A model generated the notes under the pieces. That model searched no databases. It worked only from the letters and a program-made list of their open reading frames with translations, and was not told the DNA's origin. A DNA stretch of 64,000 nt from assembly GCA_951406725.2 (NCBI GenBank), contig OX597823.1, positions 47,182,001-47,246,000 of the forward strand. Reading direction: 5' to 3'. The DNA is from Octopus vulgaris. Lineage: Eukaryota. The position numbers were made by a program, and so were the translations under genes. Shown piece by piece: positions 26,768-42,057 of this stretch. Every line of letters begins with the position of its first letter. Position 1 is the stretch's first letter.

Positions 26768-27180
26768 GGCGCAGGAGTGGCTGTTTGGTAAGTAGCTTGC
26801 TAACCAACCACATGGTTCCGGGTTCAGTCCCACTGCGTGGCATCTTGGGCAAGTGTCTTCTTCTATAACCCCGGGCCGACCAATGCCTTGTGAGTGGATT
26901 TGGTAGACGGAAACTGAAAGAAGCCTGTCGTATATATGTATATATTAGTGTGTGTGAATATGTTTGTGTGCCTGTGTTTGTTCCCCTAGCATTGCTTGAC
27001 AACCGATGCTGGTGTGTTTACGTCCCCGTCACTTAGCGGTTCGGCAAAAGAGACCGATAGAATAAGTACTGGGCTTACAAAGAATAAGTCCCGGGGTCGA
27101 TTTGCTCGACTAAAGGCGGTGCTCCAGCATGGCCGCAGTCAAATGACTGAAACAAGTAAAAAGAGAAAAAGAGAAAGAGT
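26767..27180 (+). mobile_element. SINE family A, full length
   Basis: Complete head, CORE-like, microsatellite and tail modules. Confidence 0.9.
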
Positions 27181-27953
27181 ACATACATACATACATACAT
27201 ACATACATTTATACGTAAATATATGCATTACTGCTCGGCAGAAGTTTCAGAGTAACTTAAGGGTTCAGACTTTCGTGCGTTGCCTCTTATGAATCCACGA
27301 AGCTATAGTCCTTTGAGCCACTCAGTAACTTCTGTCGATTATTAATAAAATATATATATATATATCTATAGGCAGCGATAAGGTGACAGGCTGACAGATT
27401 CGTTAGCACGATGGCCGAAATACTTAGCTTTATTTCGTCTCTCCTTACGTTCTGAGTTCAAATTCTGCCGATGTCGACTTCGCCTTTTATCCTTACGGGG
27501 TTGATAAAATAAGTAGTAGTTGAGAACAGGGGTCAATGTAATCGACTTGACTACACCTGTGTAAGAGTATAAAAACTGCCCCCCGCCAAGCTGTTTCGAG
27601 CACTGTGGCAGAGTAGGTCAAACAAATATGAGCTCAGGCGCAAATTCACGACCTCCATATCAGACCCTGGATGCAGAGAACATACTGAATCTTCGTCCGG
27701 CAGCGGACTGAATATGAGCAATCCAATCTATATATAGGTCTCAATGCGGCTGTTTCTCTGTATATGTATGTGTGTGCATGCATCTATGAATGAATGCATG
27801 TATACACTTATAAATATCTGTATATATAATCTCATCTTTTTCTTGTTTCACAGAATGATCTCAGCATGTTCTATACACCAACTATGGTCTGAGGGGAAAG
27901 CTTCAGGAGCCTATAGTCACATTCACCCAACGTAGCTTGGCCGAAGAGCGAAG

Positions 27954-27984
<31 letters not shown>

Positions 27985-28744
27985 CATACATACATGCATT
28001 AATCAGCCGAAATTGCGAGGATTATTCGGTTCCTGACTGAAGATAAAAGGATTCGAATGACCCGTCCGTGTTTTTTTGCATCGTCTATCTGGATGTTTTG
28101 TTGCCTCTTTTGTATCACTTAGTTGTCTGGATGTTTTGCGTTCTTGTCCCATTTTGTATTTTTACATATATATATATATATATATATCAACAAACTATCA
28201 CCGATACCTTCTCGGCAACCACACCACACACCAGCATGTACACTCCCACACCCACACAAACACATGATATCTGAACGCACACAATATATACATCTGAGTT
28301 CAAAATTCCGTCGACTTTGCCTTTCATCCTTTCGGGGTCGATTAAATAAGTACCAGTTATGCACTGGGGTCAATGTAATCGACTTAATCTCTTTGTCTGT
28401 TCTTGTTTGTCCCATTTATGTTTAGCCCCATGTGGGCAATAAAGAAATAAATATATGCATACACACGCAACACGCATAAACACACGCAACACGAACAAAG
28501 ATAAATTTCCTCCATAAACATAAACTATACACATGCACACTATTTGGTCACAGACACACACATAGACATGCGTTTACAGCACCTGAACAAACACACACAT
28601 ACACACACACGCACATACACAAAAACACACACACGCGCACACAAAAACGCAAACGTCAGACTCACTCGTTCTTACACATGCACACTCACACACACCATTC
28701 TAACATACACACACATGCTTCTGCACCTTAGTTCGTTATGGTCA

Positions 28745-28840
28745 CCATTACCCTTATTATCATTATTATTATTATTACTATTATTGTTGTTGATGTTGTT
28801 GTTGTTGTTATTATTATTATCATCATCATCATCATCATAA

Positions 28841-28907
<67 letters not shown>

Positions 28908-28921
28908 CATTATTATTTTTA

Positions 28922-28986
<65 letters not shown>

Positions 28987-29058
28987 GTTATTATTATTAT
29001 TATCATTATTACTATTATTATTATTATTATTATCATCATCATTATTATTATTATTATT
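28745..29058. repeat. (ATT)n/(ATC)n/(GTT)n trinucleotide array
   Basis: Seen directly in the sequence. Confidence 0.95.
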
Positions 29059-29059
29059 G

Positions 29060-29298
29060 AGTGAGAGAGCAGTTCATGCCATCAAAGTGACACTGGGGTA
29101 AAATATACGAAGCCCAATATACCCATCATGACTACCCGTCTGATAAGGGTACACTAGGCACATGCATCCCAACCATATGTGCGCGACATGGTGATCTCAT
29201 ATCAAGATAAACAGCACATGACCTTGCAGGTGGGGCCCAGTTAGAATTTTCTTCAGGTTGAGTAACCCATTCCGCTCAAAAGGTCCCTGAATAAGGGT
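29060..29298 (-). mobile_element. Partial copy of a (TAA)n-embedded non-coding element (full copy 39085-39645)
   Basis: High identity to 39085-39328. Flanked on both sides by (ATT)n. Confidence 0.8.
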
Positions 29299-29316
29299 CT
29301 ATTATTATTATTATTA

Positions 29317-29407
<91 letters not shown>

Positions 29408-29529
29408 CATTATTATTATTATTATCATCTCCCTTTTTCCAGTGATCTCGACTTGTTGGACAACTGGACTCTGTTAATTTTTTTCTCTCTCCGGTGTTTT
29501 CACTCTCTCTCCATTTTTCCCTCTTCATC

Positions 29530-29565
29530 CTTTCTGACGAAGAGCATAGTCTCGAAACATAAAAG
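29530..29565 (+). ncRNA. Minimal Type I hammerhead motif
   Basis: Stem I cttt/aaag. Intact core CTGACGA at 29534-29540 plus an extra A. Stem II gag/ctc. GAAA at 29554-29557. Then CA-TA, giving an AUA triplet (possibly CpG decay of CG-TA). Confidence 0.65.
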
Positions 29566-29640
29566 ACATTTCCATTTTTCCAGAGCGTTAAACTAATACA
29601 CCCGGTTGTTGTTCCTACGCCTTTCTTCGTCTTGTGTGTG

Positions 29641-29691
<51 letters not shown>

Positions 29692-29974
29692 CCTGCTCGC
29701 TTAGCCAGCGGGGTGGCGTCATTCGAAGGTTAAAACAATGCGAACGCATTGTGACCAGCGATGTGTAACAACATTTGATGGTCTGGTCGGTCACGTGATC
29801 ACGTGATCACGTGATCACGTGATATATATATATATGCGTGTGTGTTATTATACACACACACACACACATATATATGCATGTATATATATATACATATATG
29901 TGTGTGTATATATATATATAAACATATACATACATACATACATACATACATACATACATACATACATACATACA

Positions 29975-30006
<32 letters not shown>

Positions 30007-30317
30007 CATACATATACACACACACACACTCCGTGTTTTTTCCGTCCTTGTCTTCGTATACATTCGCTACTTTCTTCCAAGGAATCTAATGCTCTTAGCT
30101 TAGTTTTTCCTTGAGGCTAGCCAAATTGGAGCAATCTCGAGTATAACCAGCTGGAATTGCTGGAAAGATAATCCAAAGATATTCTGGAACTCGACTGAGG
30201 AAAGAAAGCTCCGAATGACCCGTCCTTGTTTTCTTTGTAACGTCTATCTGGATGTTTTGTTGTCTCTATTTGTATCACCTGACTATCTGGAAGTTTTGCG
30301 TTCTTGTTCTACTTCTA

Positions 30318-30358
<41 letters not shown>

Positions 30359-30561
30359 AATAGTAAAAAGTGAAAAAAATTACAGAAGGCTTGTTTTAGA
30401 AGGTTAAAAAATATATATTTGAGTCATTATGTCTGAAGAATGTTATAAATTTTTTTCATACAATGATATAGTTTTTGAAGAAAGACCGGTTTCTGTAGTT
30501 TTTTCACTTTTTACTATTTTCTATATATTCAACCACGTGCTTTCACATACCAACTTTCTCA

Positions 30562-30600
<39 letters not shown>

Positions 30601-30690
30601 GTATTTACACATATTTCAATATAATAATGAAGTATCTGAACCAAGTATGTCTGAAACGTACGTAATGAAAGAAAAAATGTATCACTATAA

Positions 30691-30778
<88 letters not shown>

Positions 30779-31033
30779 ATACACATATTCATCTGTGTAT
30801 ATGCATACTTCATCTTTTTCCTGTTTCACTCATTGATCTGCAGCCATGATAGGGCGCTACACTGAAGGGCGTACTCGAAAAAATGCGTCCAAGTACGTAT
30901 TATGTTTAAGTGTGGTACTTATTAGATCGGCTGCCGAACTATCAAGTAACGGAAACGTAAACAAACCAAAACCGGTTGTCAAGGCGTATATAGTCATATA
31001 CGTGCGTGTATGTGTGTTTGTTACAGTGAGTGT

Positions 31034-31095
<62 letters not shown>

Positions 31096-31784
31096 GTGTG
31101 TTTGTCTGTGTGCTTGTCTCACACTACCGCTTGACAACGGACAAGTTCTTCAATAAAAGAGGCGCAATTAGTATGTACCATGTTCACGAAGCAAAATAAT
31201 TACTGGGGTTGTTCTGTTCGACAAAACCCTTTATAAATGCTCCAGCTTGGCCGCAGTCTCGTGACTGATACAAGTAAAAGATGAAAGATAAAAGGTAAAA
31301 GATATCAGCGTACATCAATTTATACACTCACACACACACATCTACGCACACACATTTACGCAAATACATACATACATACATACAGTTTCTCGATCCAGAT
31401 TCGAAAATTAGAGTGCTCAGAGCGAGCCCGCCGGCTTGCATACGAAAAGCATGGAATACATACATACATACATACATACATACATACATACATACATACA
31501 TACATACATACATTCACACACATACATACATACATACATGCATGCATACATACATACACATATACATACATATAGACACACATACATACATACATACATA
31601 TATACATACATATATACACACATACATAGATGCATACATACATACATATATGCATACATATATACACACATACATACATGCATGCATGCATGCATACATA
31701 CATACATACATACATATATACATACATATATATACACACATACATACATGCATGCATACATACATACATACATACATACATACA

Positions 31785-31818
<34 letters not shown>

Positions 31819-31864
31819 CACACATACATGCATGTATGAATACATACATACATATATACATAAG

Positions 31865-32063
31865 TGAGGGTTCATTGGAAAAAGAAAATACAGGAGGCTC
31901 AGTTAAATATGATTTTATTCAACATATTCCCTCTTCAGATTCACACACTTATAGCAGCAGTCCTTCAGTTTTTCTAAGCCCCACAAAGGACCAAGGAAGA
32001 CTAGACCTCCAAACAGGCCTTTCACCATGCCCTTAAAGCCAGGAACTTTTCAGCACCCCTCGT
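31865..32063. mobile_element. Mariner-type MITE remnant
   Basis: The right end reads (reverse complement) tacgaggggtgctgaaaagttcctggc, and the left end tgagggttcattggaaaa is a degenerate match. Confidence 0.5.
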
Positions 32064-32198
32064 ACAAACATGCATACACACACACACATACATACATACA
32101 TACACACATACATACATACATACATACATACATACATACATACATACATACATACATAAGTTCATACACACATACGTATACATACTTACATACATACA

Positions 32199-32625
32199 AG
32201 GCGGCGAGATGGCAGAAACGTTAGCACGCCGGGCGAAATGCTTAGCGATATTTCGTCTACCGTTATGTTCTGAGTTCAAATTCCGCCGTGGCCGACTTTG
32301 CCTTTCATCCTTCCATCCTATCGGGGTCGATTAAATAAGTACCAGTTACGCATTGGGGTCGATATAATCGACTTAATCCGTTTCTCTGTCCTCGTTTGTC
32401 TCTTCTGTGTTAGCCCCTTGTGGGTAGTAAAGAAATAGGTATTTCGTCTGGTGCTACGTTCTGAGTTCAAATTCCGCCGAGGTCGACTTTGCCTTTCATC
32501 CTTTCGGGGTCCATTAAATAAGTACCAGTTACGCATTGGGGTCGATATAATCGACTTGATCCGTTTCTCTGTCCTTGTTTGTCTCTTCTGTGTATAGCCC
32601 CTTCTGGGGTAGTAAAGAAATAAGA
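32199..32625 (+). mobile_element. SINE family B, dimer
   Basis: Head aggcggcgagatggcagaaacgttagcacgccgggcg. The body is repeated twice. Confidence 0.88.
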
Positions 32626-32951
32626 AATAATCGGTGCACTTGGCTTTGGGAGTAAATGCCTAAGTGACACCGTGGACAAGCCAAGGTTTTCAGAAAAAGA
32701 AATCAACCGACGAACTTTCACATTGCAAGTACGATCTTTAAGTGGAATACTAAAAATATGCAAGACTTTTCTAAAGTTCAAAACTGAACAGTGTTTTTGT
32801 ATATCTACATTCCAAACACTGGAGTTTAATATCTTTGTGAGAAACCAGCTCTTCTCTGAAAGGAAGAATTTAAATAATTTAATAATGAAAGACGCGCGCG
32901 CATACAAATATATGTGTGTGCGTGTGTATATATGTGTTTATATATATATGT

Positions 32952-32997
<46 letters not shown>

Positions 32998-33011
32998 TAT
33001 ATATATATATG

Positions 33012-33110
<99 letters not shown>

Positions 33111-33111
33111 T

Positions 33112-33142
<31 letters not shown>

Positions 33143-33178
33143 GTGTGTATGTCTATAAAACTAGCTAGCTACCTGGTT

Positions 33179-33247
<69 letters not shown>

Positions 33248-33555
33248 TGCATATATGTATATGTGCATGTCATTGTATGCTTGCATGTGTGTATTTGTGA
33301 AAATGTGTATTTGCGTGTTACGTGAACCAAACAATTCACGTGTGCATGTGTATATGTGTGTTTATCTATGTGTGTGTATATGTGTATATATGTGTATGTT
33401 TGAGAGTATATGTGTATATGCATCTATGTATGCATACAATGTATGATCGTATGAATGTATGTATACATGTTTCAATAAGTTTGAATGTGGGTTATGAGTT
33501 TGTGTGCAAGTGTGTATGTTTCTTTGTGTCCTTCTGTCGGCATACACTATTTATA

Positions 33556-33637
<82 letters not shown>

Positions 33638-33832
33638 GTGTATGCATAAATAAATGTGCGTGTGTATTTGTGTATATATATATTCTCTTGTATCTGTTTA
33701 GAATTTGTATGCCGAACATATTTCTTCAAATCTACATGTGAACATTGACACTCTTGTAGACAAAATAACATTAATTTATGGCTCCTGGTATACTAATGAA
33801 CAGCCGACACTTACACGCACAAAATACGTTCG

Positions 33833-33888
<56 letters not shown>

Positions 33889-34077
33889 CAAATAATTTCA
33901 TAAATACAAACATGAACTCATACAACACATTCACACAAACTTACACATACAAATCTTTGTGTATGCACTTTTATATCTATATAGACACGTTTTATACTTG
34001 AAATATTCTCCGAATAGCTTTAGAACAATGAAAATGTTTGGATGAGCAGGGGCGCGGGTATACATAAGTTCGCACAT

Positions 34078-34275
34078 GCATACATACATGCATACATATA
34101 TACATACATACATACATACATGCATGCATGCATACATACATACATACATACATACACACATACATACATACATACATACATACATGCATGCAAGCATACA
34201 TACATACATACATACATGCATACATGCATGCATACATACATACAAACATACATACATACATACATACATACATAC

Positions 34276-34316
<41 letters not shown>

Positions 34317-34700
34317 CATACATACATACATACATACACACATACATACATACATACATACATACATACATACATACATACATACATGCATACATACATA
34401 CATGCATACATATATACATGCATACATACATGCATGCATACATACATACATACATACATACATACATACATACATACATACATACATACATACATGCACG
34501 CACACATACATATGTACATTCATACGTTCGTACATATGTATCTACGTTTGTATGTGTGTATGTATGTACGTACGTACACTCATACATGCAAGCAACATAC
34601 ATACATGCATACATGCATGCATATATACATACATACATATATGCATGCATACATACATACATACGAAGATACATACATGTATATGCATACATACGTATAT
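34078..34700. repeat. Long (TACA)n/(TGCA) compound microsatellite (similar arrays at 11200-11405, 31455-31860, 55935-56360, 57600-57776, 61380-61575)
   Basis: Seen directly in the sequence. Confidence 0.95.
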
Positions 34701-35216
34701 ATACATATAGTCCCATACACATACACACACATATTTATGTGCGTGTTCGTGTATATATATATATGTATATATATATACACGCGCACACACACACACAGGG
34801 TGTATATATACATATATACATAAGTATGTAAACTATACATCAGACGATTAGCTATGCTATTTCGATGCCAATTACGTGCAAAACTGTACACACAGACACA
34901 AAGAACACACCCAGAGATATGCATTCGTGCGTGCACACACACACACACACACCGCATACACATACACACAACGCGCGCGCAGAGATCGAACAATACACAC
35001 ACACACACACACACGCAGATAGCGATGTACGATACGAGGGAAGATATACACACATGAGTTTCAAAATAAATATATAGAATATATACAGAAATACAAACAC
35101 ATAGATATTAATTCAAATCGTATTTCAGGCATGATGAATATGTATTATGCTGTAATAACTTTTCTCTCCGCGAAGCATATTAAATAAACACAGACTGCTG
35201 GATACACACACACACA

Positions 35217-35271
<55 letters not shown>

Positions 35272-35643
35272 CCATACACACACATGCACAGATATAGATA
35301 TATACATATACAACGCGTTGCACGGATACTCACACATACGTACACGCACGCACATATATTTATACATGGATATTATTATTATGCATATATATATATAGCT
35401 ATCGATAATAACGAGCCATTTCACCAGTTTATATGATATCATTTAGCTATGGCAATTAATACGTATCATTTATATTATTAATAAATTGCCGACATATTCT
35501 TTTTTGTTCTTTTTGCCTCTTCTTTTAATTTGATGTTTTCTGCATGGTTCTTACTGCTTTTTTTTTTTTTTTTTTTTGGCGGCAATATATTTTCTCCAGA
35601 TTAAATCAGCGCGCGTGTGTGATTGTGTGTGTGTGTGCATGTG

Positions 35644-35685
<42 letters not shown>

Positions 35686-35946
35686 TGTGTGTTATTCTGC
35701 AGGGTGGGGGCCTCAAGTATTAATATAATTACAAAAATATAAAAATCTCTTGTTTTCATATCTCTATTGTATTGTATTGTATTGTATGTATATATATATA
35801 TGTATGTATATATATGTATATATATGTATGTATGAATGTATGTATGTATGTATGTATGTATGTATGTATGTATGTATGTGTTCATGAATGCGTGTGTCAG
35901 CACAATGTTCATAGACAGACAGAGAGATAGACAGATTAATAGATAG

Positions 35947-35979
<33 letters not shown>

Positions 35980-36067
35980 AAGAGAGAGAGACAGACAGTA
36001 AGATATGTGTATGGTGTGGGAGTATGTAGAGACACATCTATTTGCGAATATTTACGCATATGCATAT

Positions 36068-36139
<72 letters not shown>

Positions 36140-36424
36140 GTGTGTGTACATATATGATATTTACATATATCTATCTATCTATATACATACTATATGTTGA
36201 TATATATATATATATACATATATATACACACACACACAATCACACACTATACACACAACCGCACATGTCTATGTTGTATCGATATACACGCGTTTCTGTC
36301 CGTGTGTGCTCGTGCATGTACGTGTGTTTGTACGAAGCCGCGTGCTCGCGTGGGGCTGTGTACATAACTATAAGGATATATATACATATGTATATGAAAA
36401 TATATATACACATACATACATACA

Positions 36425-36492
<68 letters not shown>

Positions 36493-37214
36493 CATTCATA
36501 TATGTGTGAACATATATACATATATATTTTGTTTATATATTTATATTTCATATATAAACGTGTATATATATATATATATACACACGCACAAGTACGTAGA
36601 TACATACATAAACATACATGCATCCATACATACACACATACGCGCGCACACACACAAACATTCATACATACATACATACATACATACACACGAGACGACT
36701 GGTTGTAGGTTGATATTTGGCTTAAAAAAAAAGTGATTATATATTTTTCCAATATACATATATCCCTTCATTTACTTATCTTCTCTTTTAATATACTTCT
36801 TTATATATTGTATTTAGTTTTTCTACGTAAATTATTGTTTTATATACACTTTTATATACTCTTTTATCATACTTCAACACACCAATATCGACTATTATAG
36901 CATGGAAGTTGTAAGATTATGGGGACGAACACACAAACACAACTAGGCAGCAGTTGCTGGATTTACACTAGTTCAGCGGATGGACTTTTCCAAACTGATA
37001 ATGTTTGGTTGATAAGGTAAAGAGAGAGTGGGAGGAGGAGAGACAGACAGTGACAGACAGAGATGGGGTGAGTGAAAGAGAGAGAAGGAAAGACAGAGAG
37101 AAAGAGACAGAGAGACAGAAGTGATTTAAGTCTGTGTTGATTTTCTTCTTTTGAAATAATAATGATGATGATGGTGATAATAATAATAACAGCAGCAGCA
37201 GCAGCAGCAATAAC

Positions 37215-37800
37215 CCCTTTCTTCTATGGGCAGAAAAGGTTGAAATTTTATGGGGAAGGGACAAGATGATTACAAGACGACCCCAGTGCTCAACTGGTAC
37301 TTATTTCATCGACGCCGGATAAAATACAAGGGAGATTTGTCCTTGGCGGAATTTGAACTCAGAATATGAAGGCAGAAGAAATGCCACTTAACATTTTGCC
37401 TGACGTGCTAACGATTTTGCCATGCTCAGCGCCTTAATAATACTTTCTGCTAAAGGTACAAGGCCTGAAATTTTGTGGGAGGGGATAAATGGATTACATT
37501 GAATCCAATGTTTCAAAGCCAACCCCGGCGACATTTGAACTCAGAACGTAGCGGCAGACGAAATACCTACTTCTTTACTACCCACAAGGGGCTAAACACA
37601 GAAGGGACAACTAAGAACAGAGAAACGGATTAAGTTGATTACATCGACCCCAGTGCATAACTGGTACATGTTTAATCGACCCCGAAAGGATCAAAGGTAA
37701 AATCGACTTCGGCAGAGTTTGAACTCAGAACATAGCAGCAGACGAAATTTCACCGCTAGGCATTTCGCTCGGCGTGCTAACGATTCTTCCAGCTCGCTGC
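37215..37800 (-). mobile_element. Cluster of diverged family B SINEs
   Basis: Repeated gaatttgaactcagaa (reverse-complement B-box) and cgaccccagtgc…actggtac modules. Confidence 0.7.
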
Positions 37801-37809
37801 CCTCAGCGT

Positions 37810-37907
<98 letters not shown>

Positions 37908-38069
37908 TAATAATAATAATGATAATTACTTGTCTCTTGAGGTCTCTGGATGAGACTTAGAACCAACTTGTACAAATACAAAGCAAAAGTCAAGCATATA
38001 ATGATGCCAATAATAATAATAATTAATGCTTTTATTTGCCACAAAGGCTAGTATAAATTAAAACATTAA

Positions 38070-38152
<83 letters not shown>

Positions 38153-39084
38153 TAATAATAATAATAATAATAATAGTATAAAAGATGGGCTACAGCAAAT
38201 ATTCTGCTCAATACCACAGATTTACTTGTCAGTTGTTTGACCTTAACCAGGTGGCTGATGATATGTGCATCTCTGATCACAAGCAGAAGTAGTGAGGGAG
38301 TATAATAGCCATGTGCTGAGAGGAATTCTTTGGGGTTTGGATAATTTACTTCTGGAAACATGGGTGTTCGTTCATCATCCTTAAACAACCCGTTCAAATA
38401 TTCTGCTCACCACCTTAAATTTGCCTGTCAGTTGCTTGATCTTCACTAGTTGAGGATGTCCCGTAGAGGCTGACGACACGTATCAGGGATCAATCAGTAC
38501 TTCATTTTATCGACCTCAAAAGGATGAAATGTAAAGTTGGCATCAGCCATGTGTGCACGCAGAACGGGAGAAACTGGAAAAAAATGTTGCTAAGCATTTT
38601 GCTCGATACAAAAAGGATTCTGCTGGTTCGCCTCCTCATTAATTCCTTCTACTAAAGGCACAAGACCTGAACATTTTGGCAGGGAAGCTGCTTGTTAATT
38701 ATATAAAATCCTGTAAGGCATTTACGTTCTGAGTTCAAATTCTGTCGAGGTGGGTTTTGCTTTCATCATTTTGTGTTCGGTAAAATAATTACCATTTGCA
38801 TACAAGAGTGACTACCTACTTCCGCATAATATCAGACCTTGTGCCTTTAGTAGAAAGGATTATTTTTATGGACTGAATCGTATTATTGGCTGAATTATTA
38901 GCACGCAGGACGAAATGCTTAGCGGTATTTCGCCCGTCGCTATGTTCCGAGGTCGACTTTGCCTTTCATCCTTTCGGGGTCGATAAATTATGTACCAGTT
39001 GAGTACTGGAGTCGATCTAATCGACTGGCCCCACCTCCCCACAAAATCCAGTCCTCGTGCCTATAGTAGAAAGAATTATTATTA

Positions 39085-39642
39085 CTGAGTAAGAGAGCAG
39101 TGCATGCCATCAAAGTGACTCTGGGGTAAAAATATACGAAGCCCAATATACCCATCATGACTACCCGTCTGATAAGGGTACACTAGGTACATGCATCACA
39201 ACCATATGTACGCGACATGGTGATCTCATATCAAGATAAACAGCACATGACCTTGCAGGTGGGGGCCCAGTTAGAATTTTCTTCAGGTCGAGTAACCCAT
39301 CCAGTTCAAAAGGTCCCTGAATAAGGGTTGTTTCAGGATGTTGAACGAAACACCTATGTTTCCAGAGGTGAATTATTCAAACCCCAAAGAATCCCTCCCA
39401 ACACATGGCTATGATGCTCCCCCACTACTTCTGCTCGTGATCAGAGATGCACATCTCATCAGCCACCAAGGGACATGCTCAACTGGTTAAGGTCAAACAA
39501 CTGACAAGCAAATCTGTGGTATTGAGCAGAATATTTGCTGTAGCCCATCTTTTATACCTAGACAAAATAATGTACGTGATAACACTTCCAATCAGTTAAG
39601 ATCAGAAGCCACGATAGCCACTGCTTGTTACTGCATCAGAGC

Positions 39643-39645
<3 letters not shown>
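39085..39645 (-). mobile_element. ~560-bp non-coding element embedded in (TAA)n, possibly a non-autonomous partner of R4/Dong
   Basis: Both ends abut (ATT)n. Other copies lie at 29060-29298 and, inverted, at ~38176-38395. Confidence 0.7.
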
Positions 39646-39718
<73 letters not shown>

Positions 39719-39861
39719 TAGTTTTACTGTTATTGTGTACTTTCACTGCGCTACCACTCTGTGTGTTTTTCTGTACATGGTGCGATTTTCTTTGGCGTTA
39801 TTATCTTTCAGCATTGAAAGTGCTCTGCGTTAGGTGTATGCCATACGTAGTGATATTATCT

Positions 39862-39906
<45 letters not shown>

Positions 39907-39946
39907 GCACACACACACATATCTATCCATCAATCCATATATATAC

Positions 39947-39983
<37 letters not shown>

Positions 39984-39986
<3 letters not shown>

Positions 39987-40281
39987 AGGCGCAATGGCCC
40001 AGTGGTTAGGGTAGAGGACTCGCGGTCGGAGGATCGCGGTTTCGATTCCCAGACCGGGCGTTGTGTGTGTTTATTGAGCGAAAACACCTAAAAGCTCCAC
40101 GAGGCTCCGGCAGGGGGTGGTGATCCCTGCTGTACTCTGTCACCACTGTTTCTCCCACTCTTTCCTCTGTTAGCCTGCTCGCTTAGCCAGCGGGGTGGCG
40201 TCATTCAAAGGCTAAAACAATGCGAACGCATTGTGACCAGCGATGTGTAACAACATGTGATGGTCTGGTCGGTCACGTGAT

Positions 40282-40288
<7 letters not shown>
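39984..40288 (+). mobile_element. tRNA-derived SINE (family D head) with a (CACGTGAT)n-ending tail
   Basis: A-box tggcccagtgg and B-box ggtttcgattcc. The tail is also present at ~17268-17390 (-) and 29691-29823 (+). Confidence 0.85.
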
Positions 40289-40325
<37 letters not shown>

Positions 40326-40399
40326 GTATGTGTGTGTATGTTCGTAAGTGCTGAATTTTGGTTATGTATCTACCTGCATTGTTTTTTTATCATACCTAA

Positions 40400-41095
40400 A
40401 GCACCTATTCTTATAGGGAATGTATGTGTTTTAGGCTCCCCATTTCGGGCTATCTCTATTTCCAGATCTTGGTATTTCGATAGCAACTCCATTTCTTTAA
40501 GAGATATTTTCTCATGTGTTGTGACTGATAAGTCGATCAGAAATCAGAATTTTTTTTTTTTTTTTGATGCGTCTAGACAACAATATCTTATTGATTAACC
40601 TTCATCTCCCTACGTGTGTGTATTGGCATATCCCAGAGTATGATCGCTTTGTCATTTTCTGAGACTTTTACGGAGTATGTCAACAGCCTCTTTTTTAATT
40701 TTCTGTTGGCATTCTATAGTGCTGGCACAACTTCCATTGTGTCTAAGTCCCAAATGTGTCATGTCAGTGGGCATATTGTTACTTGGCCAAGACTGGGCAA
40801 CCAGAGACAATATCATTTATTGCTTCTTCGCCATCACTACATATTCTCCAAGTACTTGATGTATCTTGTTTCATTATGTGGTTTTGATGGTTACTGCAGA
40901 GGAAACCCTTGATCCTGTGCCGCAATCAAAAACCCTTCATTCTCTGCTCTGAGTTCTGAGCTTCCCAGCCAGTATCAAAATATTACTTAGTCTATTTCTA
41001 TCCTCCTCAGTACATCTGAGTATTTGCCATATAAGGGATTTTCTTGCCCTCGTTTTATCATTGTATTCTGTAGTTCTAGTTTTTTGTTCCTTTAC
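40400..41095 (-). mobile_element. R4/Dong-type LINE fragment (degenerate)
   Basis: The minus strand encodes (E)GFLIAAQDQ and a KPLYGKY-like motif. Many stops. Confidence 0.7.
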
Positions 41096-41109
41096 AGTTT
41101 TTTGTTTTG

Positions 41110-41435
41110 TGAAGGCGCGTGGCTTAGTGGTTAAGATATATCACTCCCGGTCATAATGTCTTGAGTTCGATTCCTGGCGGCGCGTTGCGTCCTTGAGCAA
41201 TACACTTTATTTCACATGTTGCTCCAGTTCGCTCAGCTGGCAAAAATGAGTAACACATATATTTCAAAGGGCCGGCCTTGTCACATTCTGTGTCACGCTG
41301 AATTTTCCTGAGAACTATGTTAAGGGTACACGTGTCTGTGGAGTGCTTCAGCCACGTGCACGTTACTATCACGAGCAGGTTGTTCTGTTAATCGGGTCAA
41401 CTGGAACCCTTGTTTTCGTAACTGACGAAGTGCCA
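41110..41435 (+). mobile_element. SINE family C head with the tail shared with 49426-49811
   Basis: gaaggcgcgtggcttagtgg…gagttcgattcc…ccttgagcaatacacttt…, then tail tgtcacgctgaa…ggaaccct…gtgcc. Confidence 0.8.
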
Positions 41436-41563
41436 GTTAGTTTTTGTTATTTCTTCTTTTTCTTCGTAACTACTAGTTTGTATTTTTTTGTTTTCTTGGA
41501 GCGAGAAAGCAGTTTTTTGTTTGTTTTATTCATTTTTTTCACAATTATCTGCTCCTTCTTCTT

Positions 41564-41653
<90 letters not shown>

Positions 41654-41659
<6 letters not shown>

Positions 41660-42057
41660 TCCACCTTAGCGAATGCGGAGGTATTGTTTGCAGTTGTGTT
41701 TGTTTGTTTGTTTGTCCGTGGACAAGATATCTCAAGAACCGCTGGATGGATTCGGATGAAACTTTCAGGTATGTTTGGCCTCATGACTGGCACGAAACGA
41801 TTAAATTTTGGGATCGATCCGGTACCGGACAAGGAATGGTGATTTTGTGAACTTTGGCTTGTATTAGATAAGGATAAACTATGTATTACTGTTACTAAAT
41901 ATTCTACAGCCACTTTCACATTCCATGACTAACAGTGGGATCGATCAGGTACGGGACTAGGATTCTGGATTATTGTTCCATTTTTTTTTTTTGCTTAATT
42001 TTTGAGAGCGGTCGGGTTCATTTTTAGTATTCTCGTTTGTGAGAGCAGTCGAGTTTA
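41654..42057 (+). mobile_element. Helentron/HINE (DINE-1-like) non-autonomous element
   Basis: 5' hairpin tacctcc(a)c…gcggaggta, followed by (TTTG)n and a ggatggattcggatgaaacttt core. This architecture is typical of HINEs. Confidence 0.55.
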
